From a virus (taxonomy: Duplodnaviria > Caudoviricetes), in IMG/VR virus record IMGVR_UViG_3300032260_000004, positions 1 to 57,360 of that record: DNA of 57,360 bases. One strand, 5' to 3'. The stretch's first letter is position 1. Every line of letters begins with the position of its first letter. Positions 44,391 through 53,317 of this stretch are shown here, in pieces. A program made the translations under genes and the position numbers. The notes below the pieces were generated by a model, which had not been told where the DNA came from, made no database searches, and worked only from the letters and a program-made list of their open reading frames with translations.

Positions 44391-45148
44391 CGAATGATCG
44401 CGATCGGCGGCGACTCGCCAGCCAGTTCGAGTGCGAACCAGTCGCGGATGCGCTCGATCGCCTGATTCTTCCACTCGGCACCGTCGCACATGAAGAGCGC
44501 GACTTCCGGAAGGCCGGTTGACTGACGCAGGCGGAGCACGAACGGTACCGGGGGCTGCTCGATCACAGGGAAGCTCGCGTGCGGCGCGAGAATGACCGGG
44601 TTCGGCACCTTGACGTTATCGACGTTCGCGATTCCGGCGCGTGCCGTGACGGTCTGCGTGGTCCCGTCGTCTGCGGCCGTCTTCACCTGCTCGTCCTTCA
44701 CGTTGCCGAGCAGCTTCAGTACGTCGGCCCGATCGTGTGACGCGACGAAGAGCGCCTGTAGCGCGATCACCATCTCTTCAAGCTCGCACCAGTCGCCGAT
44801 CTGGAAGTGGAGATCCTGAAAGCGGTCATAGACCTTCGCGACGACGTAGCACTCGCGCTGCGCGAAGTCGCCGAACGTGGGGCCGATCAGTCGCACCTCG
44901 CGCGGCCCGACGACGTGGAGCATGAGCGCCTCGCGGGTGAGATTGTCCCGGTTCTCGACGAGGTAGTCCCTGATTCCCGCGAGCGAGTGTACCACCAGCG
45001 GCTCGACCAGCGGCTCCTTCTTGCGCGGATCGAAGAGCGGAACGGTCGAGTATGCCTTCCCGTCGATCTCGATCGCGACGAGCGCTGCCGCCGCGCGCGC
45101 CAGCCTAGCGACCTCGGTGACTGCGGAGCAGTCCAGTATGTCAGCCAT
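44387..45148 (-). CDS. Conserved phage protein (YfdQ/DUF2303-like fold, tentative)
   Basis: HSLAGIRDYL, DDGTTQTVTARAG, PNPVILAP..F..IEQP and LFMCDG.EW motifs. Confidence 0.65.
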   Translation of the reverse strand: MADILDCSAVTEVARLARAAAALVAIEIDGKAYSTVPLFDPRKKEPLVEPLVVHSLAGIRDYLVENRDNLTREALMLHVVGPREVRLIGPTFGDFAQRECYVVAKVYDRFQDLHFQIGDWCELEEMVIALQALFVASHDRADVLKLLGNVKDEQVKTAADDGTTQTVTARAGIANVDNVKVPNPVILAPHASFPVIEQPPVPFVLRLRQSTGLPEVALFMCDGAEWKNQAIERIRDWFALELAGESPPIAIIR

Positions 45149-45497
45149 CCTGTGCCTCTCTCTCTCCTATCGGGTGAACGTCGGGATCACGGTCCTCGAA
45201 CATGTCCTCTTGCTTCAGGTCGTAGGTCACGGCCACCAACTCGCCGTCGCGCTGGCCCATGTAGACGAGCCGCTTGCTGCCCTCGTGCGGTGCCAGCTTC
45301 GAGGTGCAGTCGATCAGAAGCTCCGCCTCGTGGCGGTCCTCTGTGGGGATGACCGTCAGGGTCAGCGTCACGGACCGCTTCGCCTTCGCCTTCGTGTTCG
45401 GGTTCTGGACGTTCGCGAGTACCCTCTGAAACTCGCGAGCGAAGTGGGCCGCCGCTTCGGGCAGCGTGTCCAGCGCTACGTCTTGCAGGTCAGGCAT
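45141..45497 (-). CDS. Conserved phage protein, partner of the downstream gene
   Basis: RVLANVQNPNTKAKAKRSVTLTL...SKLAP. Confidence 0.7.
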   Translation of the reverse strand: MPDLQDVALDTLPEAAAHFAREFQRVLANVQNPNTKAKAKRSVTLTLTVIPTEDRHEAELLIDCTSKLAPHEGSKRLVYMGQRDGELVAVTYDLKQEDMFEDRDPDVHPIGEREAQDG

Positions 45498-45879
45498 CGT
45501 TCTCTCCTGTTCGTGTCAACTGCCACTTCCGGATCAGGTTGCCGTGTGAGCCCTTCGTCTGTGAGTGCGAGAAGCCCACGGCACGCCAGCCCTTCTTCTT
45601 GAAGACCGCGCCGAGGAAGTTCCGGCTCAGGGCCTCGGGCGGTGGGGGGCTCAGGCTCTCGAAGTAGGCGCGAGCGTCGTCAGCCGTGACGAACGCCTCG
45701 GCCCCCCATGCCGTGCGCCTGCGTTCGTACAGTCTCGCCATCTCGGCCCGGATCTCGTCGAGCCAGCCGGAGCGTGTGTCGCCGAGCGCCGCGAGGATCC
45801 GATCGCGTTCCTCGATCTCCATCACGATCTGCTCGTTCCGGACGTTGAAGAGATCGGACTGCCTCGACTTCTTCACCAT
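45490..45879 (-). CDS. Winged-helix-like hypothetical protein
   Basis: VTADD...NFLGAVF...SHGNLIRKW. Confidence 0.65.
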   Translation of the reverse strand: MVKKSRQSDLFNVRNEQIVMEIEERDRILAALGDTRSGWLDEIRAEMARLYERRRTAWGAEAFVTADDARAYFESLSPPPPEALSRNFLGAVFKKKGWRAVGFSHSQTKGSHGNLIRKWQLTRTGENDA

Positions 45880-45881
45880 GC

Positions 45882-46094
45882 TCACCCCCGCCTCGACGCG
45901 ATCCAGTACGCGCCGTCGTGGAAGACGTTGCACTGGCTGTCTGGCAGCTTCTTCGGCCTGTCGCTCTCTGGCTTCTTCATGCACTTCTCGCACGAACAGC
46001 CCCGGCCCTGCTGGATGTCAGCGATCGCCGAATCACGCAGCCTCTTCGAGTCGAACGGGCCGTGCACGTAGTCCATGCCGAACCCGCGCCTCAT
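45882..46094 (-). CDS. Small hypothetical protein
   Basis: ATGA overlap; CSCEKC. Confidence 0.55.
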   Translation of the reverse strand: MRRGFGMDYVHGPFDSKRLRDSAIADIQQGRGCSCEKCMKKPESDRPKKLPDSQCNVFHDGAYWIASRRG

Positions 46095-46306
46095 GACTCA
46101 CCTACCTCTGCGAGCGAGGCTGCCGTCAGGTCCGGCACCTTCGCGTACTCGGGCTTCCCGTACCGGCCATCTGTGACGCCCAGTTTCCACGCTACCCAGT
46201 CCATGATCTCAGGCCACGACTTGCCGGGGAAGTGCTTCCTTATCGTTGGCGGTGTCGGCAAGAGCCACGACAGTTGCAGCTTCTCCATCTGACGCAAGCT
46301 CGGCAA
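46091..46306 (-). CDS. Small hypothetical protein
   Basis: 71-aa ORF in the operon. Confidence 0.5.
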   Translation of the reverse strand: MPSLRQMEKLQLSWLLPTPPTIRKHFPGKSWPEIMDWVAWKLGVTDGRYGKPEYAKVPDLTAASLAEVGES

Positions 46307-46358
46307 GATTCCCGTCAGTCAACCACGAGGTCCTCATACTCGAATCGTCCGTGCCTCA

Positions 46359-47267
46359 TCACATTCTCCCGGTGAGGTTCTCAATCAGGGCCGAGGTATC
46401 TACCTCGACGGTGGGCTTGTCGGCGCAGGTCGGGCAAAGCTGCTCCCAGCCGTGCTCCAGTTCCTCGGTGGTCTTCGTCGCGAGGAACGTCTCCAGACAC
46501 GAGACGCACTCGTAGTGGGCGGTCAGGGTCACGCCACTGTCGCCGTTTCTGCGAGGCGCTTCGGCGACGAAGCGAGCGACGTGACCCTGAGAGCGAAAGA
46601 TGAGTTCGGGGGTGACGTAGACCCACCGCGAGTCGATGTGGTGCTTCGATGCGAACGCTCCGTCGATCGCACGGACCCCTTCCTCTTCGGTCAGCCCCTC
46701 GGCAAGCCGAGCGCTCATCTTTCTGCGGAACTGGTCCGTCATCTTCAGGCCACGCGATCCCGTCAGGCGCTTCGAGCGCACCTCGTTGAAGTGCTCGAAC
46801 CACACCCGCATCACATCTCTCTTCGTTGTTCGTTGGTCTTCTTCCTTCTTCTTTGACTCCGTTCGCGACTCCGTTCGCGACTCCGTTCGCGACTCCGCTG
46901 GCGATTCGGTTGTGACTCCGCTGCCAGTTGGCGTGTACTGGTAACGGTCGTAATTGCATATGGTTATGATCTGCGGTTTGCGACCCGCTTGTGACTCCGT
47001 GCTGATTCGACCCTCGGAGCGCAGGTAGTGCATGAACCTGAGAGCCCGATTGAAGCTCCAGTTCCAGCGTGCAGCGAGGAAACGAACGGAGGCGCGGAAC
47101 TGGCCGCGCTGGAGGCCGGCACCGTCTCGCCAGCGAGCCATCGCGATCATGTCCAGCCACGCCGCCATGCGGCAGGCGGGCTCGTCCGTGCTCTGCGGGT
47201 GCAGGTCGTGTGAGGCGCTCAGGAGCGAACGCGATACCCGGATCCAGCCCTCGTCGAAGTGGCTCAA
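46359..47267 (-). CDS. Replication initiator (lambda O/replisome organizer-like) with C-terminal zinc ribbon
   Basis: GWIRVSRSL, S.RFLAARWNWS and ITICNYDRYQ motifs; internal iterons. Confidence 0.85.
   Translation of the reverse strand: MSHFDEGWIRVSRSLLSASHDLHPQSTDEPACRMAAWLDMIAMARWRDGAGLQRGQFRASVRFLAARWNWSFNRALRFMHYLRSEGRISTESQAGRKPQIITICNYDRYQYTPTGSGVTTESPAESRTESRTESRTESKKKEEDQRTTKRDVMRVWFEHFNEVRSKRLTGSRGLKMTDQFRRKMSARLAEGLTEEEGVRAIDGAFASKHHIDSRWVYVTPELIFRSQGHVARFVAEAPRRNGDSGVTLTAHYECVSCLETFLATKTTEELEHGWEQLCPTCADKPTVEVDTSALIENLTGRM
46855..46925. repeat. Iterons; probable replication origin
   Basis: GACTCCGTTCGC x3 plus degenerate copies, next to an A-rich tract inside the initiator gene. 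Confidence 0.8.
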
Positions 47268-47308
47268 GTTCCCGGTCCTTCATGCGTGCCGACTGTCCAC
47301 GAGTCTCG

Positions 47309-47338
47309 ATCATAGGACGGGCACCACGGGAAGCGCAA
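47309..47338 (-). promoter_or_regulatory. Possible sigma70 promoter for the replication gene
   Basis: TTGCGC-N18-TATGAT. Confidence 0.45.
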
Positions 47339-47446
47339 CTTCGAGGACGAGAGAAACCGCAGCGGGTGTGGACAGCGTTCCCCAGCACGGTCGCTCCGGG
47401 TGGGAGCAGTCGGAAGGTCTACTGAACCGCTGCGGCTCTCTCGAAG
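47339..47446 (-). other. Long intergenic hairpin
   Basis: CGAGAGAGCCGCAGCGG pairs with CCGCTGCGGTTTCTCTCG. Confidence 0.65.
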
Positions 47447-47454
47447 CATGAACG

Positions 47455-47532
47455 CTACTCCGCGAACAGGACGACAGCAAGAGCGAGCAGCAGGCCCACC
47501 ACGAGCATGACATCTTCCCTCACCCTTCTCAC
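47455..47532 (-). CDS. Tiny hydrophobic peptide
   Basis: (VRRVREDV)MLVVGLLLALAVVLFAE; GTGA overlap. Confidence 0.4.
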   Translation of the reverse strand: MRRVREDVMLVVGLLLALAVVLFAE

Positions 47533-47813
47533 AGGTATCTCCCGCCACGGAACGCCGCCGCGAGGTCCAGCGGTACGCAGGCCAGTTCCCCGTCCCGCAC
47601 CCCCTGCTTCCACTTCGCCCACGCCAGCCAGTCCGAAGGCCACCAGATCTGCCGGAACTTGCCGATCGAGGCGGAGCGGGTCCGAGCCACGCTTGGGATC
47701 ACCGCTATCCAGTAGCCGCGCTTCAAGTGCCGGATCACGATCCACAGGCGATCGTCATAGAGCCGAAGCTCCCGGCCGCTCCCGATGTCTTCTCTGATGA
47801 CTTTCTTGGTCAT
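47529..47813 (-). CDS. Trp-rich hypothetical protein
   Basis: GGAGGT RBS. Confidence 0.6.
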   Translation of the reverse strand: MTKKVIREDIGSGRELRLYDDRLWIVIRHLKRGYWIAVIPSVARTRSASIGKFRQIWWPSDWLAWAKWKQGVRDGELACVPLDLAAAFRGGRYL

Positions 47814-47871
47814 CCCGCACCTCCCCCGGTCACGCCGTGCAGCACCTCGCCCTTCGTCTTGTGGCTCATGG

Positions 47872-48636
47872 TCATCTGCTCCTGATCGTGGTCTTGACCT
47901 CTTCGTAGAACTCGATCCCCGGCACTGCGCCCCGACCCGCCGTAGCCTCAGCGAGCTTCTCCAGAGCCTCCCAGTTCGGCTCGATCAGGTTCGTGGTCAC
48001 ATGGGGGTGGTTCGGCGAGATGATCGCGTTCAGGAGCGCGTGAGCGCACTCCACGATCTCGCCGGGGTGGTCCGAGAGCCAGCGAGCCCGCCACTTCTTC
48101 TTCTCGACCATCCCCTTCGCCTTCGGGGCACGCTGCTCCATCACTGTCCGCGCTACGGGCGGGGCAGGCACCGGGGCCGTCTCCATCTGCGTGAGTGCGT
48201 CGAACTTCGCTTCGTCGCCGCGATCTGCGGCAGCCAACGCCTCAGCCTCACGGACAGCCGCAGCCTCGGCCGCGAGCCTCTGCCGCTCCTGCTCAGCAAG
48301 TTCCCGCGCCTTCCGCTGCTCTTCCGCCCGGTAGGCCCCGATCTTCTTCTCGTAGATCCCGATCGCCTCTTCCGCAGGCCTGAGGATCTCGGCCCTGCGG
48401 CCCGTGATCGCCTTGTGCGTGGCGTTCGCCGCGTCAGCCATCGGAGCGAACCACTCGCGGACGCTCTTCATGAACTGGCGAAGGCTCCGCGTCTCGTCGA
48501 TCGCAAGCTCGTAGGCAGGTGGCCCGTCGATCACGAAGTTCTCAGCCGCGTCCTTCAGCGCGGTCGCTGCTGCGCTCCGCTGCTCGACCTCTTCCTTCCG
48601 CTCGTCGAGCGGGTTCGGAATCAGAATCTCAGTCAT
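47872..48636 (-). CDS. Coiled-coil protein of the recombination module (Gp157/Gam-like, tentative)
   Basis: Long coiled coil ending VPGIEFYEE. Confidence 0.65.
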   Translation of the reverse strand: MTEILIPNPLDERKEEVEQRSAAATALKDAAENFVIDGPPAYELAIDETRSLRQFMKSVREWFAPMADAANATHKAITGRRAEILRPAEEAIGIYEKKIGAYRAEEQRKARELAEQERQRLAAEAAAVREAEALAAADRGDEAKFDALTQMETAPVPAPPVARTVMEQRAPKAKGMVEKKKWRARWLSDHPGEIVECAHALLNAIISPNHPHVTTNLIEPNWEALEKLAEATAGRGAVPGIEFYEEVKTTIRSR

Positions 48637-48717
48637 GGCTTCTCTCCATCCTCATGTGCCCAGTTCTCGAACTTCCTCAGCGCCTCGTCCGGTGTTGCCG
48701 CTCTCTGGAACTTCCCC

Positions 48718-49392
48718 TCAGAACTCATAGACGTATGCTCCTGTCGCTGCCCATTCTGCCGGGTCCACTCCGCCGATCTGCCCGAGCGCCCAGAGAAAGG
48801 TCGATTCGTCTGCCTCGTGCTCCGGCCCGTCGAGCATGACGAGCTTCGGTGTGCCGTCCTTCCTCAGCCACAGCACGCCCCGGTCTTCGATCGGCTCGTC
48901 GGGAAACTGCCCGGTGTGTCCGATTGCGTAGCCTGCCGTCTGGAAGCCCGCCGCCTCTTCGTCCAGCACACTCGTCGTCTTCCATTCGAGCAGGGTCCGG
49001 CGTCCGTTCATGAAGCCGCGCCAGTCGTAGGTGCCGGCGAAGCCCCAGACGCCCGAGTAGACGGACTGCTCGAATGCGACAGTCTGGATCCGGCCCGTCA
49101 TGGCATTCATGAACCCGCAGAACCCGATCACGGCGGCCCGGACGCGCGGGTGCGGGTGCCGGAAGTCGAGCGCGACCTGAAGCCAGTTCGCCACGTCTCC
49201 GTGCTGCCGGAGCAGCGCAGCGATGATCTGGTGGATCTCGGTCCCGAGCTTCGCCGCGTTCGCGAGGTGCGGCCACGGCACACCCGAGTAGTCCGTCGCG
49301 AGGCCTGCCCGCGACATGACCTGCGTGACCGAGGGCACGGGCGCACCGTTCCAACTGTAGAGGTGCGGACCGGGATCGAAGGCGAGGCTCAT
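48718..49392 (-). CDS. PD-(D/E)XK exonuclease
   Basis: PSVTQV, GTEIH, FAGTYD, LLEWKT and Q.AGY motifs. Confidence 0.88.
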   Translation of the reverse strand: MSLAFDPGPHLYSWNGAPVPSVTQVMSRAGLATDYSGVPWPHLANAAKLGTEIHQIIAALLRQHGDVANWLQVALDFRHPHPRVRAAVIGFCGFMNAMTGRIQTVAFEQSVYSGVWGFAGTYDWRGFMNGRRTLLEWKTTSVLDEEAAGFQTAGYAIGHTGQFPDEPIEDRGVLWLRKDGTPKLVMLDGPEHEADESTFLWALGQIGGVDPAEWAATGAYVYEF

Positions 49393-49745
49393 GAGTCCGC
49401 GACCTCTTCCTCGCGTTCCTCGAAGCTGGGAGGACGCACGCTGAGCCGCGCCCGCCCGATGACCCGCCTGCGGCGAGGCTCTGCCACCACCACCTCGGCC
49501 GGTCCGAAGTCGCCAGTCGGCGGCTCGAACGTCACCTCGCCAACCTCCGCCAGCGGCACCTCGACCAATCCGTACCCTTCGATTGACTGAGCGAACGCCC
49601 GCTCGACGTGAAGCTCGACGGTCAGGTCCATCTCGCTTTCCCGGCAGATCCTGTTGAGGACGGCCATGAACTCGGCCAGTACCGCGCCGGTCAGGCTGAA
49701 CGGGGCCACCACCTGCACGATCTTCTTCAGTTGGATATGCGACAT
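49389..49745 (-). CDS. Hypothetical protein
   Basis: GGGAG RBS; ATGA overlap. Confidence 0.6.
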   Translation of the reverse strand: MSHIQLKKIVQVVAPFSLTGAVLAEFMAVLNRICRESEMDLTVELHVERAFAQSIEGYGLVEVPLAEVGEVTFEPPTGDFGPAEVVVAEPRRRRVIGRARLSVRPPSFEEREEEVADS

Positions 49746-49758
49746 TCGTCTCTCCCGG

Positions 49759-50625
49759 TCAGAAGGGTAGGTCGTCTTCGCCGCCGAGCGCCATCTGCGG
49801 CTCACCTTCAGCGGGCGGATCCTGCGAGGGCGAGTCGTCGGCTGGCTGGTCGGCAAGCTCCTGCTTCAGCCTGCCCAGATAGTCGGCCGCCTTGCAGACG
49901 GCTCCGTAGGTGATCCTCGGGGCCTTTGCGAGCAGACCTTCGAGTGCCGTTCGTTCCTTCGACGGCACTTCGAGCACCACGTCACCGAACAGGATTCGCA
50001 GGGCGTTGATCTCGTCGCCGGTCGCCTGCCGCCCACTCTGGTCGCCGGTCGCGAGCGGAACCCACACCCCGGCGTTCCGGTGGATGTGCTCCTGCGAGAT
50101 CGTCATGCTGACGGCGAGCCGCTGAGCGAGATCGTCCCCCGAACCGACGAGTCGCTGGGCCACTGCCAGCGCCTCGCTGAAGCGCTCTTCCTGTGAGACG
50201 TAGGGGAAGCCGTTCGACTGCCCGTTCGACGCCTGAGCGGGCGCTGAGGCGCTGCCCTGCGCCTTCTGAGCCTGCGGTGTCGGAGTGTCTCCGATGTTGT
50301 CCGCGAGGATCACGCCGTCGAGGGTCGTGAAGACGACCGTCGCCGCGCCTTCCTTCGCCATGCCCGCACACTCGATCGTGACCCACTGCTCGCGGTGGTC
50401 GTGGCAGACCTTCTTCCACGCCTCTTCGTAGCCGGGCAAGTCGGGCTCCATCTTCACGCCGTACTCGCCCTCGGCGTCGCCCTGCACCTTGAAGAAGAAC
50501 GTCAACGGCTCCTTCCCCGGATGGAAGTCTTTGTAGCCTCGGACCTGCCCGACGAACGGGGAGATCTTACAAAGCTGCCCGTGGTAGACGTACTTCTTGT
50601 CCCACGTCGTACCTGCCTGCGCCAT
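49759..50625 (-). CDS. Putative ssDNA-binding/annealing protein
   Basis: SSB-type C-terminal tail EDDLPF; beta-rich N-terminal domain; next to the exonuclease. Confidence 0.55.
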   Translation of the reverse strand: MAQAGTTWDKKYVYHGQLCKISPFVGQVRGYKDFHPGKEPLTFFFKVQGDAEGEYGVKMEPDLPGYEEAWKKVCHDHREQWVTIECAGMAKEGAATVVFTTLDGVILADNIGDTPTPQAQKAQGSASAPAQASNGQSNGFPYVSQEERFSEALAVAQRLVGSGDDLAQRLAVSMTISQEHIHRNAGVWVPLATGDQSGRQATGDEINALRILFGDVVLEVPSKERTALEGLLAKAPRITYGAVCKAADYLGRLKQELADQPADDSPSQDPPAEGEPQMALGGEDDLPF

Positions 50626-50627
50626 GC

Positions 50628-50966
50628 TTACCGTCCCTTCCGGATGAGGGTCTGTCGCTTCCCGCGAGGCTTGTGAGCCCAGTACCGCTGCCACCGCCTC
50701 GTCGCCTCGGGGATCTCTGCGCTGTACTCGTCCTCCAGCGCAGCCAGCAGCTTCATCGCACGCCGGCCCTTCTCGGCCCCGTACTGGTTCGGCGAGTCGA
50801 AGTTCGCCGGCTGGCGCGTCCCGATCGCCCAGCGCCGGACGGTGCTCGGCTGCAAGTCAGCCAGCCGCGCGAACCACGAGTAAGCGCCGCGCGGGTGATC
50901 GCTGCCGGTTGCGGCCAGCCAGACCACCTGAATCCGCTTCGCCAGCTTCTCGTGAGGCTTCGTCAT
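50628..50966 (-). CDS. XRE/Cro-like HTH protein
   Basis: SWFARLADLQPSTVRRWAIG. Confidence 0.7.
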   Translation of the reverse strand: MTKPHEKLAKRIQVVWLAATGSDHPRGAYSWFARLADLQPSTVRRWAIGTRQPANFDSPNQYGAEKGRRAMKLLAALEDEYSAEIPEATRRWQRYWAHKPRGKRQTLIRKGR

Positions 50967-50975
50967 CTGTGTCTC

Positions 50976-51359
50976 CTACGGGTTGAGTCCCATGCCCTGC
51001 GCGAACTCCGTCGTGGTCACAAGCAGACCCTTCGCCACCTCGTAGCAGCCCGGACAGAGCTTCTTCGAGCTTGCGCTGCCAGCCGCTTCGAGCGCCTCGC
51101 GCTTCGTGGCGAATGGCCCCTTCAGGATCTCGGGCCGGGGACGCGCCAGCCGGCGAACCGCGAGCGCACCGCCGACCAGCCACCAGTCTCGCGGCCCCAC
51201 GATGATCCAGTGCTTGATCTGCCCGTTGCCGTTCACGACCGGACGGATCGCACGCTCGCGGATCAGCCGGTCGGCATATGAGAGGCAGTTCGTCACGCGG
51301 GTCTTGTGAGCCCCCGCATGTGCCATCGCCGCTTGATGTGCCGTGTCGAAAGTCTTCAT
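50976..51359 (-). CDS. Hypothetical early protein
   Basis: GPFATKREA motif; GGAGG RBS. Confidence 0.65.
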   Translation of the reverse strand: MKTFDTAHQAAMAHAGAHKTRVTNCLSYADRLIRERAIRPVVNGNGQIKHWIIVGPRDWWLVGGALAVRRLARPRPEILKGPFATKREALEAAGSASSKKLCPGCYEVAKGLLVTTTEFAQGMGLNP

Positions 51360-51577
51360 GATCCCGCCCCCTCCAGCTTCCCGTAGAGGCCGGGGATCGA
51401 GCGCTTGCACTCATAGCAGCGCGGCACGCTCACCCACTCTTCACCCTCGTAGATCGGGTACTGGGCAACTTCCATCTCGGGTAGCTCCGATGCGGCACCG
51501 TAGGCCATCTCCATCTCGTAGCAGGGGACGCAGTAGCACAGCCCCTCTACGACGTGTCCTGTGATCTCGGTCTGCAT
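51356..51577 (-). CDS. Small zinc-finger protein
   Basis: CVPC...CYEC. Confidence 0.65.
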   Translation of the reverse strand: MQTEITGHVVEGLCYCVPCYEMEMAYGAASELPEMEVAQYPIYEGEEWVSVPRCYECKRSIPGLYGKLEGAGS

Positions 51578-51580
51578 GGC

Positions 51581-51838
51581 TCAGTCCCTCCCGAAGCCGA
51601 GCGGAAGGTCCGCGCCCTCGGCCTCTTGGAGCGCGCTGCTCAGTTCGCCGATCGCGTCGATCACCATCTCCGCAGCCTCGATCGTTGCGTCCAGCTTCTC
51701 AGCCACGGGGCTGTCGTCGAGGTTCTCCGGCAGGTTGTCGCGCCACTCTTGGTACTCGTCCTTCAGGGACTCGAACTCGCCCGGATCCACCGCCTGCAAG
51801 GCGGCGATCGCTGCGGCCCATCGCTTCGGTCGTGACAT
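51581..51838 (-). CDS. Small acidic helical early protein
   Basis: First gene after P2; EYQEWRDNLPENL...LPLGFGRD. Confidence 0.75.
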   Translation of the reverse strand: MSRPKRWAAAIAALQAVDPGEFESLKDEYQEWRDNLPENLDDSPVAEKLDATIEAAEMVIDAIGELSSALQEAEGADLPLGFGRD

Positions 51839-51844
51839 GGTTCT

Positions 51845-51914
51845 CTCCGTGCTAGGGGTCTGATTGCTGCCCACATCTTGAGTATACATGGATACGTTCG
51901 ACGTGTCAACCCCC
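51845..51914 (-). promoter_or_regulatory. Promoter cassette P2
   Basis: TTGACA (51909-51904), 17-nt spacer, TATACT (51886-51881); conserved leader. Confidence 0.9.
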
Positions 51915-51959
51915 AAGAAAGAAATGAGGCGAGAGCCGGTCCTGCGCTCCCGCCCCATC
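51915..51959 (-). terminator. Rho-independent terminator
   Basis: ATGGGGCGGGAGC...GCTCTCGCCTCAT followed by TTCTTTCTT. Confidence 0.75.
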
Positions 51960-51968
51960 CCCCGGTCC

Positions 51969-53066
51969 TCAGTTCAGGTTGATGGTGCCGTCGTCGATCG
52001 CGTCACGGAACCGCTCGTCGCGGCCGTAGCGGGTGAGTGCCTGAAAGACCCGGCGCTTGCTCGCCATCCGGCTTCCGTCGATCTGGCTCGCGAGTCCTAC
52101 CTCGCGCCGATTGAAGAGCGGGTTGTGGTCCTGCGCCTCGATCAGTCCGTTCATGGCCTCCCACGCTGAGCGATCGCCCGAGTGTCCGGCCCCGGCCGTC
52201 CACATCTCACGGACGACGACGCGGCGCTCGATCTGCCGCTGGCGGGCGGCAACCTGTCGCCCTGACTCGTCCGGCTTCTGCGGGGTGATCGGCAGAGCGA
52301 TCTCCTGCACGAGCCGGTGGAAGGCGTGCTCGGTGAGGGTCTGCAACCGGAGCAGCCCCACGAGATCCGCGAGCTTCGCGTAGCGGTGAGCCATGCCGTT
52401 GAAGAGCCGTCCAGCCTCTCGCTCGAACTTGGTCGCCGCGTCCCCGGTGTGACGGATCTTCGCCGCGCCTTCACCGTTCCGCATGAGTCCCGGCAGCGCG
52501 TTCAGGCACGCGATCCGGTAGGGAAGCTGGAGCAGTAGGTCGGAGCGCATCCCGGTGTGATCCAGCAGGACGATCCCGTAGGGCTGGAGGCTCTCCTTCT
52601 CCCAGAGGTAGTCTGGCATGCCGTCTGTGGCCTCTGAGAGCTTCTCTCGATCGAACCCGAGGATCATCCATGCCGTACCACCGTCGCGGAACGTGCCGCC
52701 CGCCTCGGGCCATGCCAGCCCCGCGTCGAACATGGGCTCGATCCGGCTCAGCGCCTTCCGGTTCTGGACGAGCGAATAGCGCGGTCCGACGTGTCCGAGC
52801 GCCGCCCCCGTGTCCGTTCTGCGGACGACGAAGCAGCCCTTCGCGGGACCGTAGATCGGCTCGTCGTCATACGTCTCAGTCTGGACGAAGGCCGGCACCT
52901 TCTCGACCTCGTAGTCCCAGCCGGCCAACCCGAGCGCCGCGTCCAGTGACGGTGCCTCGGTGAGCACCGTGCCCTTCTGGCCGAACATCGTCCGGCCGAT
53001 CGTGAAGCCGTCCGACGAGCCCGTTCTCGGGTCGTCGCCGCGCCTCTCTGCGTAACTGTTGTGCAT
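51969..53066 (-). CDS. DUF932-like phage/plasmid protein
   Basis: AGWDYEVEK, VRRTDTGAALGHVG.RYSLVQN, RIACLN.L, IRHT and SAWEAMNG motifs. Confidence 0.85.
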   Translation of the reverse strand: MHNSYAERRGDDPRTGSSDGFTIGRTMFGQKGTVLTEAPSLDAALGLAGWDYEVEKVPAFVQTETYDDEPIYGPAKGCFVVRRTDTGAALGHVGPRYSLVQNRKALSRIEPMFDAGLAWPEAGGTFRDGGTAWMILGFDREKLSEATDGMPDYLWEKESLQPYGIVLLDHTGMRSDLLLQLPYRIACLNALPGLMRNGEGAAKIRHTGDAATKFEREAGRLFNGMAHRYAKLADLVGLLRLQTLTEHAFHRLVQEIALPITPQKPDESGRQVAARQRQIERRVVVREMWTAGAGHSGDRSAWEAMNGLIEAQDHNPLFNRREVGLASQIDGSRMASKRRVFQALTRYGRDERFRDAIDDGTINLN

Positions 53067-53092
53067 GTCTATCTCCCGGTGAATGAGGCCGC

Positions 53093-53317
53093 TCAGTCGA
53101 GCGGCGTGACTGGTGTGTCGAGCATCTGGTGCAGCACGCGGCCCGCTTCCGTCATGGGCTCCGCGCCGTCGAGGTTGAGGTCATGGAGCCGAAGGCCCAG
53201 CAGCGGGCCGTCGTCTCCGTTGCAATCCCGCCTCCAGATCGTGCCACCATCGACAAGCTGGAAGAGGTGGTCGTGCTTCACGGCCGAGAGCCGCACGTCG
53301 AGCCGCTTAGCGCACAT
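53093..53317 (-). CDS. Hypothetical early protein
   Basis: Overlaps the upstream gene; GAGG RBS. Confidence 0.5.
   Translation of the reverse strand: MCAKRLDVRLSAVKHDHLFQLVDGGTIWRRDCNGDDGPLLGLRLHDLNLDGAEPMTEAGRVLHQMLDTPVTPLD

Noticed and set aside
47785-49590. Long plus-strand ORFs (601 aa here; also 9682-11154, 20376-21695, 54046-55509)
   Set aside because: Antisense shadows of well-supported minus-strand genes in GC-rich DNA; Arg/Pro-rich with no motifs.
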